Assembly (NCBI RefSeq): GCF_963921235.1
Contig: NC_086097.1
Span: 158,226,001-158,290,000, forward strand
DNA length: 64,000 bases
From: Mobula hypostoma
Lineage: Eukaryota
Direction of reading: 5' to 3'
A program made the position numbers and the translations under genes. Positions 51,326 through 62,848 of this stretch are shown here, piece after piece. The notes beneath the pieces are model-generated. The model saw only the letters and a list, made by a program, of their open reading frames with translations, was not told where the DNA came from and ran no database searches. Every line of letters begins with the position of its first letter. Within the stretch, counting starts at the first letter, position 1.

Positions 51326-51929
51326 TTAAGGTTAAATATCTGACAATTCACCTTTGTATTTAATTCAACAATTTCATCTCTACAGCTGTTTGGGTAAAGT
51401 GTTCCATTGCCTTTGAAGAGAAGAAATTCTTTCTTGCTTGTGTCTGCTACAGGTGATCTCATACTTGTAGACGGCACATTTTAGTTCTGCATGTCTCATT
51501 AGTGGAATCGTGTTCTTGACATTCAGCTTGTCCAAACGCAGAAGTCTTTTGGGTCTAAAGGAGAATGGAAAGTTAGATCTGTTATTGTCCTTGTGGTTGT
51601 GTAACTGGATCGTAAACAAGTAGCAATTCATAAGACTTGATAATAAAGAGGAATGATTCAGACTTCAATGCACGATGATAGAAGACATAGAAAAATTGCT
51701 ATTTTAGTTGAAAGTGAGGAAGAAATCTTTATTTTGCAAGAAGGCAGAATGCAAGTACTACATGTATTTCTGGTCACTGAACGCTGAGGAGATTTATGAA
51801 GGCATTGCTAATGTTGAAAACTTTTTGTTTGAGCAGGAGAGATTAAAGGAAGATTTAGCTGAGTTGTCTAAAAAAAAATGGGTGTCCCAATTAGACTGGA
51901 ATAGAAAGGTCTCTTTCCTTTAGTAAAGG

Positions 51930-53330
51930 GAAAAGTTAATTTATTATTGTCACATGTACCAAATTACAGTGAAAAACTTACTTTGCGAAGTGAAACAGTA
52001 ACAAGATGGAGAATAAAGTATAAAACCTATTGAAAAAGTGCAGTGCAGGTAGTTAATAGTAGACTGAGGTCAAAAGTCAGTCTTGTCCTCCTAGGGTATT
52101 GTTCAATAGCCTTATTGAAGTTGTCCTTGAGCCTTGTATGTGTACGTGCTTTCAGGTTTTTCTATCTTCTGTCTGATAACAAAGGGGAGAAGAGAGAAAG
52201 AGCGTGATGGGTGGGTTTTTGATTGTGCTGTTTGCTTCACCGAGGCAACAAGAAGTGCAGACGGAGTCCATGGAGGGGAGGCTGGTTTTCGTGATGTGCT
52301 GACCTGTGTCCTCAATTCTCTGCGGTTTCTTGCAGTCACGGGCAGAGATCTTGCCATACCGAGATGTGATGTATCCAGTATAATGCTTTCTCATGTGCAT
52401 TGATAAAAGTTATTGAGTTTGATGGGATCATGCCAAATTTCTTCAGCCTCCTAAGGAAGTAGAGGTACTAGTGAGCAGTTGCAAGAAAAGTTGCATCCAT
52501 CATCAAGGAACCACATCATCCAAGCCTTACTCTCTGGTCACTGCTGCCATCGGAAAGAAGGTACAGGAGCCTCAGGACGCACACCAGCAGGTTCAGGAAC
52601 CGGTGGAGAAAACTTCACTTACCCCATCACTAAACTGTTCCCACAACCTCTAAACTCATTTTGAAGGACTGTTCATTTCATGTTATTGGTATTTATTGCT
52701 TATTTTTTATTAGTATTGAAATTTTTATTTGTATTTACACAATTTGTCATCTTTTACAAATTGGTTATTTGTCTGTCTTATTGGGTGCAGTCTTTCATTG
52801 ATTCTGTTGAGTCTTTTGTGTTTCTCAGGGTTGTATATGGTGACACGTGTATTTTGATCATGAATTTACTTTGAACTTTGAACTTCCTTGGCTATGGCCT
52901 CAATGTGGTTATACCAAACAGGTTATTGGTGATGTTTGCTCCAAGGAGCTTGAAGCTTTCAACCCTCTTAACCTCCACTGTTGATGTAAACGGGAGCATG
53001 TGCACTGCCCCCTTCACCTTCCTGAAGTCAGTGACACTTGCTGACATTGAGAGAAAGATCAGTATCATGCACAATATCATGAGCCTCTCTTACTCCTTCC
53101 TGTAGTCCATTACTTGAGATATTACCTACTACAGTGGTATTACCTACAAACATAGATGCAGTTAGAGAAGAATCTGGCCAGAGTTGTGAGTATATAGAGA
53201 TAAAGGACTGAGGACATAGATTATTGCGGCACCATTGTTGAGGATAATGATGGTGGAGGTGTTGCTACCAATCCTTATTGGTATCTGTTGATCATGAAGT
53301 CAAGGATCTTGTAGCAAAGGAGGTGTGAGT
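51930..53330 (-). mobile_element. Rex1/Babar-type fragment containing an opposite-strand Rex1 3' end (~52470-52885)
   Basis: Minus-strand RDCKKPQRI.DT.QHIT.TSLPSMD and VESFKLLG; plus-strand insert ending ttgaactttgaact. Confidence 0.75.
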
Positions 53331-53379
53331 TGAGTCTTGGACTTCGGAGATGTGTTCAAAAACTGAAGAGCAATAGATT

Positions 53380-54080
53380 TAGAGTCGTAGAGTCATATAA
53401 CATAGAAACAGGCCCTTCAGCACAAATGTTCAGTTCCATTCAAGGTTCCCATTTAAGCAAAGCCCATTTGCCTGTGTTGGGCTCATATTGTTCTAAACCT
53501 TTTATATCATGTAACTGTTCAAGAACCTTCGAAGTGTTGTTAATGTATCTGCATCAACCATTTCTTCTGACAGCTCATTCCATGTACTTATCACCCTCTG
53601 AGTGAAAAGGTTGTCCCTCGATTCCCCAACCCTGGTAAACTTTATGCAATGAATAAAGTCCCAACCTGTGCAATGGCTGTCTGTAACTCAGTCCCCTGTG
53701 TCCAAAGAACATCCTTGAAGGTCTCCTCTGCATTCTTTCCAGTTTAATAGTGTTTTTCCTATAGCAAGGTGACCAAAACTGAGCACAGTATTCCAAATGT
53801 GGATTTTCTGTTGTAAGACAACAGGAACTCATAATTTGTATACTCAGTGCTCTGACTGAGAGAAGCTTGTGTGTTTTCATCTTTCACCTGTTCTTGCAAG
53901 GATATATTTACTACCCTGTTGACCTGTGACATCACTTTCAAGGAACTATACTTGTACTCCAAGATCCCTTTGTTCTGAATAACTTCCCAAACTCCTATCA
54001 TTCATTGAGAATGTCTTACCCAGATTTGTCTTCCCAAAATGGAACACCCCACATTCATGGAATTAACCTCCATTTGAAGT
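53380..54080 (-). mobile_element. CR1 3' fragment
   Basis: PHLEYCAQFWSPCYRK..IKLERMQRR. Confidence 0.85.
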
Positions 54081-54684
54081 AAGGAAAAATAAAATAAAGA
54101 AACTTGGTGAATATTTGGAATGAGCTGTCAGAGGAAGTGGAAGAGGCTGGTAAAGTTACAACATTTAAGACATTTCGACAGATAAATTATCATGAAGGTT
54201 CGGGGGCACGTGGGCAAAATACAGGGAAGAGGAATTAGCTCAGGCAAGTAATTTGGTCAGCATGTATAAATTGGGACAAAGGGCCTGCTTTTATGTTGCA
54301 TGACTCTATGATTGTTGATGTTGGAAATCTAAAATAAAAACCGAAATTGCTGGATATATTCAGCAGGCCAGGCTGAGTTTGTGGGAAAATAAACAGAACT
54401 GATTTTTCAGGTTGAGTGATGGAGGGTCGAAGAATGTAGAACATGGAACAGTGCAGCAGAGGAACAGGTTCTTTGGCCCACGATGTCTGTGCCGACCACG
54501 ATGCCTGTCCAACCTAACCCCATCTGCCCGCAAGTGGTCCATGTCCCTCTGTAACCTGCCCGTTTCTATGCTTGTCGAACCATCTCTAAATGTTGCCGTT
54601 GTATCTGCTTCCACCACTTCCCCTGGTTGTGCATGTCAGGCACCTAACACCCTCTGTGTAAGGAAAAGAAACAAAACTTACCTC

Positions 54685-56150
54685 ACAGTGGCCACCCATT
54701 TAAATTCTGCTTCCCATTCCTGTTCCAATATGTCGATCCATGGTCTCCTCTGCTGTCGAGATGAAGCCACACTCAGGATGGAGGAGCAACACCTTATGTT
54801 TGTCTGGGTAGCCTCCAACCTGATGGCACGAACACTGAATTCTCAAACTTCTGTTAATGTACCCCCCCCCACCGCCTCTCTATTCCCCATTCCCTTTCTC
54901 CTCTCTCACCTTATCTCCTTGCCTGCCCATTGCCTCCCTCAGGTGCTCCTCCCTGTTTTTCTTTCTTCCATGGTCTTCTGTCAGCTTCTATTACATTCCA
55001 AAATCAGAATCAGAATCAGCGGCATGTGATGAGAAATTTGTTAACTTAGCAGCAGCAGTTCAATGCAATACATAATCTAGCAGAGCGAGAAAAATAATAA
55101 TAAATAAAATAAAACAAAACATAATAAATAAACAAGTAAATCAAATTACATATATTGTATAGATTTTAAAATATGTGCAAAAACAGAAATACTGTATATT
55201 TTTAAAAAAAGTGAGGTAGTGTCCAAAGCTTCAATGTCCATTTAGGAATCAGATGGCAGAGAGGAAGAAGCTGTTCCTGAATGGCCGAGTGTGTGCCTTC
55301 AGGCTTCTGTACCTCCTGCCTGATACTAACAGTGAGAAAAGAGCATGCCCTGGGTGCTGGAAGTCCTTAATAATGGACGCTGCCTTTCTGAGACACCGCT
55401 CCCTAAAGATGTCCTGGGTACTTTGTAAGCTAGTGCCCGAGATGGAGCTGACTAGATTTACTGTTTTCTGCAGCTTCTTTCGGTCCTGTGCAGTAGCCCC
55501 TCCATACCAGACAGTGATGCAGCCTGTCAGAACAGTCTCCACGGTACAACTGTAGAAGTTTGTGAGTGTATTTGTTGACATACCAAATCTCTTCAAACTC
55601 CTAATAAAGTATAACCACTGGTGCCTTCTTTATAACTACATCAATATGTTGGGACCAGGTTAGATCCTCAGAGATCTTGACACCCAGGAACTTGAAGATG
55701 CTCACTCTCTCCACTTTTCATCCCTCTATGAAGATTAGTATGTCTTCCTTTGTCTTACCCTTCCTGAAGTCCATAATCAGCTCTTTCATCTTATTGACGC
55801 TGAGTGTCAGGTTGTTGCCGCAGCACCACTCCACGAGTTGGCCTATCTCACTTCTGTACACCCTGTTGTGACCACCTGAGATTTTACCAACGATGGTTGT
55901 ATCGTCAGCAAATTTCCCTTCTCCAGCCCTGCACCTCTTTCACCAGTCAACTTCCCAGCTCTTTACTTTCGCTCCCCTCTCAGTTTTACCTGTCACCTAG
56001 TGTTTCTTCCTTTCCTTCCCCCAACTTCTAGATCTGACTTTTTCTCCAGTTCCGCTGAAGGGTCTCATTCTGAAATGGTGACTGTTCACTCTTTTCCATA
56101 GATGCTGCCTGGTCTCCTGAGTTCCTCCAGCATTTTGTGTGTGTTACTTG
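54685..56150 (+). mobile_element. Penelope-like 3' end (54685-54999 and 55915-56150) split by a Rex1 insertion; hammerhead decayed
   Basis: VATHLNSASHS..MSIHGLL...EATLRMEEQHL. The UTR resumes at ~55915 and is followed by ccgctgaagggtctcattctgaaatggtgactg and the pLTR tail. Confidence 0.8.
55001..55912 (-). mobile_element. Rex1/Babar-type LINE 3' part, well preserved
   Basis: KRFGMSTNTLTNFYSCTVETVLTGCITVWYG...HPGHALF...FRNSFF; FADDTT at the right end; (GATTCT)n tail. Confidence 0.9.
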
Positions 56151-56829
56151 CCTCCTAAACCTCCTTTAAATGTTTGTTGCCTTACCTCAAAGCTATGCCC
56201 ACTAGTATTTGGCATTTCAACCTTCAGAAGATACGAGTAACTATCTCCCCTATCTGTCTCTCATAATTTTAGATACTTCTATCAGGTCACTCATCAGACT
56301 GCTTCAGATCACCCAGACTCTCCTTACAGCTGCAACATCCTGGAGAACCTCTTCCTGTATGGCTGCGACCAAAACTATACACAATACCCCAAATATAGCC
56401 TAATCAAAGTTCTACACAGCTGCAACTTGTCTTTGCAACTTTTATATTCAACACCCTGACCAATGAAAACAATATGCCACCTTTACCATCCTACTTACAG
56501 GTGTTGCTACTTTCAAGGAGTAATTGATTTGCTCCCCAAGTCCCCCCCTCCGTACATCAGTATCCTTGGAAGTCCTGCCTTTTACCATACTTCCTTCTTG
56601 TATTTCACCTCCCAGTTTGCAGCATTTCACTTGTCCAAATTCAACTCCATAAATGTTAACTCTGTTCCTTTTTCCACAGATGTGGTTTAATTTGCCAAGC
56701 ATTTGCTGCATTTTCTGTTTTTATTGCAGATTGAAGGTACTTGGTAGGATGAGAACAGGATAAAGGAAATATTTTCATTCAGAACATTGTAGACATCTGC
56801 CTGAAAGGAGGGGAGAGGATAAAACTCTC

Positions 56830-57017
56830 ATTCGTTTTCTCCTTTTGCTTGTTCTTTCTTTCCTTTCTTTTCTATAGGTGTACACCTCAGATAAATATTA
56901 TGTGGAAATTTGAGGCAAATATGATTGTATGATATATATGTACAATATCTGAAATACATCTGATGGAAATGTCTGTTTAATGATGAACTTCAATAAAAAA
57001 TAAATTACAAAAAAAAG
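56830..57017 (+). mobile_element. Poly(A)-tailed retroposon 3' end (L1-like UTR)
   Basis: AATAAA at 56992-56997 followed by an A-rich tail. Confidence 0.5.
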
Positions 57018-57186
57018 ATTTATGTTCAAATTGTATTTGGATGTGCAGTCTAAGACCTCTGTGGAGCAAGTTTTGGAAAATGGGATTAGGTGAGAAGCTC
57101 TTTATTTTGATTAGGCTGGAACAAATATGACTGCTTATTCTTTCAGACATTCAGAAGGTGCTTGGCAACCTGTTACCAGTGGGGTG

Positions 57187-57738
57187 TATGGGGTGTCAGG
57201 GAGGGGTAGCACCTCTGGTGGGGGAACATGTCGCGTCCTTTTCAAGGTGGTTAGTCCACCTTTGGTCCCCACCTGGCACTCAGCTCTCACCTGTGGCTCC
57301 CCGTAGCTGTTTGTATGCGACAGCGGCCACACCCCGGGCAATGGCTTTGACAAGCCGGCTAAACCAGGTGAGGGTAGCCGATGGGTCTCAAACCCTCAGT
57401 GAGATAGCGAGTTGTCTATCCCAGCATGTGAAGACAGACTCCGGCAGATTGAGCGGACGAGACCAATGGAAGGCCCAATGGTCAAGAAGGAGGTCTCTGC
57501 AAGCGTCGTGGAACGTGTAGAGCACGACAAGACACAGAAGACGTCCTGGTCATCCACTGCACCTAGTCCCATCTCCAGCCGTCTCGACTCTGTCTTGCCA
57601 CTGGATCCAGATGGGAATTGGGAAGAGAGCGTGAGGCTGACACTGCGCAACTCTCCTTCACTTAAATCCAAATTGTGCTAGTTTCGACACCATCATAATA
57701 GTGTCAAGGTCCTCATTGATGTCGACGATGGATGAACA
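57187..57738 (+). mobile_element. Apparently full-length non-coding retroposon (552 bp) headed by an HDV-like ribozyme, inserted in a decayed CR1 RT
   Basis: TSD accagtggggtg 57175-57186 / accagtgggatg 57739-57750 splits the CR1 VTSGVPQG motif. A homologous copy lies at 115-549. Confidence 0.85.
57190..57374 (+). ncRNA. HDV-like (nested double pseudoknot) self-cleaving ribozyme candidate
   Basis: P1 GGGGTGT 57190-57196 / ACACCCC 57329-57335; P2 CTCTCACCTG 57284-57293 / CAGGTGAGGG 57365-57374; P3 GGC 57295-57297 / GCC 57326-57328; L3 TCCCCGTA; P1.1 CC 57299-57300 / GG 57336-57337; GCAA; P4 GGCTT/AAGCC; J4/2 GG-C57359-TAA. Confidence 0.75.
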
Positions 57739-59554
57739 ACCAGTGGGATGCCACAAGGATTTGTTTACATTATGTGTTGGAGGAATAAAGTGAATGGACA
57801 TTTGGCCAGATTTGTTGATTACATAATAATAAGTGGGAAGGTTAACTGATGAGGCCGGTGACATAGAGAGAGATATTGATAGGTTAGATAGGCAGGCAAA
57901 TGATTGGTGAAAGGAAAGTAATCCAGGAAAATGAGCAGTCCTTTATGTTGAGAAAGAAAATTCCTATTCCTTGTGTTCTTTATTTAATTATGCAATCTAT
58001 CTCTTTAGAATTGCTGTATAAAAGCACTCCCTACCTTTTGGGTACTAGTGTCTGCAGATAACCTTCAGAGAAGTGCTCTGATAGGAATCTAAGGATATTG
58101 TGAACAATTCTTGTTGCAAAAAAGAACCTGAAAATATTTTGGCTTTGTGTGATGTGAAAGTGAGTTTTAGCGGTGCTTCAGGCCATAATTACCTCTCACA
58201 TAGGCAAACTGTGGCTGCAAATTTACCCTAAATTTACATGTTTGGTTTGACATTTTCTTGAAAACTGTTTCCACATTAAGTGAACTTTGAAGTGTACATG
58301 TTTTTATCATTCTTAAAGACTTTGATATTTCAATTTTAATCTCATGTCTTTGTGGTCTTTAGTCCTAATTGCACTCATCTCAGCCTGGGCATCAGTCCTG
58401 GCTGCACTTAACTTTTGTGGTAATGGAACTTCTATATTGTCAAGGTCTTAAACGTAGTGGCGATGCTTGTAGGCAGCCTCTGCACCTCAGCCAGTGCATG
58501 TATCACCCATCAATGTCTAGTCCTCCAGCTCAGGATGTTGTAGAACTGGATCTACACTTTGTGGTGATTCTTGCTACAAAGGATGAGATCAAATGCAGAG
58601 ACATCTTAGCTCCAGTGCATTCAATGCAGGGTGCAGGAGTAGAATTAATGAATCTTCTTACCTGTGAGAAAGCTATAATAGCAGACCTCTATCACCAAAT
58701 CTTCATGAACCGTTTTCTGTGAGTTTGGTGGTAAGAAACATTGGTTTTCCATTTGCACAGAATTTGGCCCATACCTCTCATTAGAAGTATCCCTCTGTTG
58801 CAATGTAGAAGGCTGGTTTCCTGAAACATACTTGCCATGATTCTTTGATTTTTGTAAGGTGTTCTGTTCTCTTTAGATCTTTTGCGTGTGCTGTGGTGTT
58901 TTCTAAAGGCAGTGCTAGATGGCTGCTTATTGCTATTAACCATTGCTTCGCATGAAGGTGGAAGAAATTTGCCTTCTGAACTCTAACTTGACGGCTTCGG
59001 TGGTTGCAGTCAATTTTTCATCAGAGTGCTTTGTATGCTTAGTAAAATCAGTTTAAATGTATACATGGTGTATTTTCCAGCTTGATTTGAATCAATATAG
59101 CTGAGGTTCTATTGATGAAAATCAAATTCTTGGAGGGTTCACTCCGTTGTCAAATCCTTGGCTCTTCCACCAGCAGCAGCTATATGATTTTCTTTCCCTT
59201 TTTTACTCCCACTCCTTTGGGACACATTATCTCCCCCCCCCCCCGCCATGAGTGGAATCTGAGTGGAGGCCCTTGAGGTCAAATTTCTGTTCATCCCATC
59301 AGACTTATAAATGTTTCTGGACTTGTTGACTTGATTTGCATGTTATTTTTGAGTTGGTGTGTACTCATCATTTTTTTGTTGCACAGAAATCCTTTTCAGA
59401 AATTGGCATGTCTGTTGTTTGAAGGTTATTCTAGCAGTTCCCGGACCAAGTCAGTGCTTAAGTTCTAATTGAAAGTACATCATGATTTGCTTCTCATTCC
59501 CTGCTGGAAAACTTGGACAGAATCGCTGTCAAGTAAGCTCATGTGTTGCCTCTA

Positions 59555-59862
59555 GAGAGCAGCAAACAGAGCTGCTGCCTCCCAGAGTCAATCAGTCCTA
59601 ATCTCCGGGGTTGTCAGTGTGGAATTTGCTTGTTCCTCCTGTAACTGTGTGGTTTACTCTGGGTTCTCTGGTTTCCTCCAACATCCCAAAGTCATGTGGA
59701 TTGGTGGGTTCATTAGCTACTGTAAGTTGCTGAAAGTTTGAAGCTGAGTAGCTGAATATGGGAGCAGTTGATGAGAATGTAAGGAGATGAAAACTGGCTT
59801 ATTTAAAGTGGGTGTGTAGACTTTGTAGGCTGAAGGGCCTGTTTTCATGCTGTATGATTCTA
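59555..59862 (+). mobile_element. V-SINE/HE1-like SINE
   Basis: gagctgctgcctcccag head; ggtttcctccaacatcccaaag core; ggctgaagggcctgttttcatgctgtatgattcta CR1-like tail. Confidence 0.75.
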
Positions 59863-60273
59863 TAAAAATATCAAAAAACTTTAATCCCTCCTTCCATTGA
59901 GGATTAACCTCAAATTAAGAAAGAGTGAACCAGATGAGGTAGTAATATGTTGAGGTTTGAGGAGAAACCTTTACACCCAGAAAATGGTTGAAATCTGGAA
60001 TGTACCATGTTTAGTAAGTATTTAGATAAGCACTTGAATTATCAACACATTAGAAGCTGTAGGTCATATGCTATTAGATGGAATTAATGTATTTGGCTAC
60101 TTGATGATCAGCATGGACAAGTATTAAAGCTATCTAAAATGCTTCAAAGATAGAAGAACATTTTAGAAGTTAGAAGATGAGCCCGGAATAAAGGTCTTGG
60201 CCCAAAATGGCAAAAGGTTTATGCCCCTGCTGAGTTCCTTCAGCATTTTGTGTGTGTGTTGCTCATTTGAGAA

Positions 60274-60478
60274 CAAGCAACGCACATAAAAGTTGCTGGT
60301 GAATGCAGCAGGCCAGGCAACATCTCTAGGAAGAGGTACAATCGACATTTCGGGCCGAGACCCAGGGTCTTGAAATGTCGACTGTACCTCTTCCTAGAGA
60401 GCTGTCTGGCCTGCTGTGTTCACCAGCAACTTTTATGTGTGTTGCTTGAAATTCCAGCATCTGCAGATTTCCTCGTGT
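60274..60478. mobile_element. Palindromic head-to-head pLTR insertion, 15-bp TSD, placed in the tail of an older pLTR (~60180-60273)
   Basis: Arms 60274-60351 and 60372-60448. TSD ttgctcatttgagaa 60259-60273 / ttgctcattttagaa 60479-60493. Confidence 0.9.
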
Positions 60479-62848
60479 TTGCTCATTTTAGAATCCAGGT
60501 TTAAAATGTAAACCATAAAAATTAGTAACTACGTTAAAAAGAAGCAAAGGATGGGATTTGTATTGGCAAAATTAATTGTGGAAAGGAGAATAAATTTGTT
60601 TATGGAGTTTATTAGATAATGTGCAGCAGGGAGGGAGTCCTGGGACTTGAAGCACAAGAATGTTTGTGAAAGAAAATTTTGAAGTAGAATATATCGGGGA
60701 AAGAGCTGGCATCAGGGACTGGTATAGATTGCTTCAGCTAGCAACTTGACATTGCAGGCATAATATTATTGCTTTCTGTGCTAAAATCTCCAAGCAGAAG
60801 CAGTGCCAGAATTGTCACCGTCTTCCTGGGAATTTCAGCAGTTTCATGCTTGCGGAATCCAATTCCACATGGGCAGGATTACTTCCCATTCTGCAGAGCA
60901 GAGATTCTGCAGGTTTTAAGTGATGCATTCAGAATCGAGAATGCACCTTCTGCAAAAGACTTCCCCAGTTGCAGGAACATAGATAAGTTGTGATAAGAAC
61001 ACTGTCAAAACCCCTCAGAACATTTCAGGACCATTCATATAACTTGGTGGTTCTTACTGAGTGTGGCATTTCTCTGTTGAGTTCTCAGTGGTATTTATCA
61101 GCAATACATTCTCATCCTGTCAGGTAGGGAGTCCCTGTGCTGTATCTGCTGGATGATACAGACTCAGCATAAGGGCCTGTACCTAGATTACTGCTTGAAG
61201 TCAAACCACAGGATTTTTAGCAACGTTGTTTGCCTCTGAGTAGAGTTAGGTACGTACCCAACAAATATCTGTAAACTCTGCAATGGATGTTACAATATAA
61301 GGCTTTTGCAATATAATCTTGTCACTGATAATGCATTAATTGATGCAAACTTAGCAATCCTTTAAATGCCACAGTGGATTTTTGGTTTGACTCCTGCGCC
61401 TTTTGACGTGTTATGTTTTGGCTGCACAATAAAATGAGGTCAGAAATATATCCAGAGGATGGTTAAAATGAACTCCCTCGAACACAATCCTGTTGAAGTG
61501 AATAGGAGAGATCAGTGGTGCCACAACACACAACTTGCTCATCCAGTCTGTGGAACAGTGTTGCCTGTACTGAACAGAGTGCCCCCTCATTGAAAGATCA
61601 AAGGTTTCCTCTCAAAGACTTTGAAAACAGTTGGAGCCATACCCTGGACTTCACAGGTCACAAAATTAGGAAATGACAGCATATCTCTACAGGTCCTCTC
61701 CAGGTGATGTCAGGGTTCTGTTTCTGAGAATTGTTGGTAACTTGAACTACATAGGTCCTCCCCAGCTTTCAAATGATCGACCTCTGAACAGACTGTACTT
61801 ACGATCGAGCATTTGGGAGACTTTGGCGTGATGGATTTGCAACAGCAGCCCCATGGTCTACATAAGCTCGAAAGCTGGGGCAGACCTATGTCGGTCTTTG
61901 ACACCCATAAAATTGCAAAATACTTTATCCTTATTGAAATTAATTATTTAGAATTAAAAATATTTATATAATAGAAACAAACTCAGATTTGAATACGTCT
62001 CCATTCCTGATCTTTTGCTGTGGTTGCATAGCCGTCCGTGTCCCTGACTCCGGCCATCTGTCTGTGTACCCATCCACCTGCCCGCAGACCCTAGCTCGGG
62101 CTGCGGACTTGACTGTCCATGTCCCCAGCTCTGTCTGTGCACACGCCCATATGCCCACAGCTCCTGGTTCTGGCAGCGGTCCCACTTGACTGTCTGTCCC
62201 TGGCTACGGTTGCCTACCATGTCTGTGTCCATAGCTCCGGTTGCCTCCCCACCTGCCTGGTGCTGAAAGTTCCTGCATTTGGGCACATTCAGAGGATAAG
62301 TTCCAGACCTTCATTGACTAGTATATGGTAGAGCCTGAGAGGACAGGTATTGCCATGGCTATTGCTGGGTGGACTTCAGGGCTGGTTTGAAGTGGCAGAC
62401 CCGGGTGCAAGAGTGAAAACCAACTGATATTTAGCCAATTTAAGCAGTGAGCCAGGTTGAAAAGATGTAAGGTTTTGAGGGTGGAGTTCAGCTCACTACT
62501 CTGTGTCAGCCAGGAACTCCCACCTGAGGCAATCCTGTATTTGACTTGTCTTGCTCTCTTGCTGCTACCATCAAGAGTGGTGCAGGAGTCCCATCAGGTT
62601 CGGGAGTAGTTGCTGCCCTATAGCCGTCGGGCTCACAGACTGGCTCTCTGCACTGCACTGACTCTGTAGCTAACTGGCTGTACTTGCCTCAGCATTGATC
62701 TGGCTACATGACTGTGGGCTCACTTTCGGGAACTCTGCAGTTCATGTTTGTGTATTATTGGTCTACTTATTTATTGTTTGCACGAGTTGTTCTTCTTTTT
62801 CGCACATTAGATGTTTGGCGGTCTTTGTTATGTTTTTTGTAGATTCTA

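Noticed and set aside
54412..55029. 205-aa ORF
   Set aside because: It spans an antisense CR1 tail, a Penelope fragment and a Rex1 tail, so it is not a coherent protein.
57158..57681. Overlapping 72-120 aa ORFs in the ribozyme element
   Set aside because: They have no recognisable domain, and such ORFs are expected by chance in GC-rich structured sequence.
58369..58960. Possible exon or decayed RTE
   Set aside because: Only a faint minus-strand resemblance to an RTE C-terminus, and no recognisable protein or splice pair.
6181..60478. Recurring short palindromic repeats as a CRISPR-like array
   Set aside because: They are dispersed, in both orientations, TSD-flanked and not regularly spaced, in a eukaryotic context with no cas genes.
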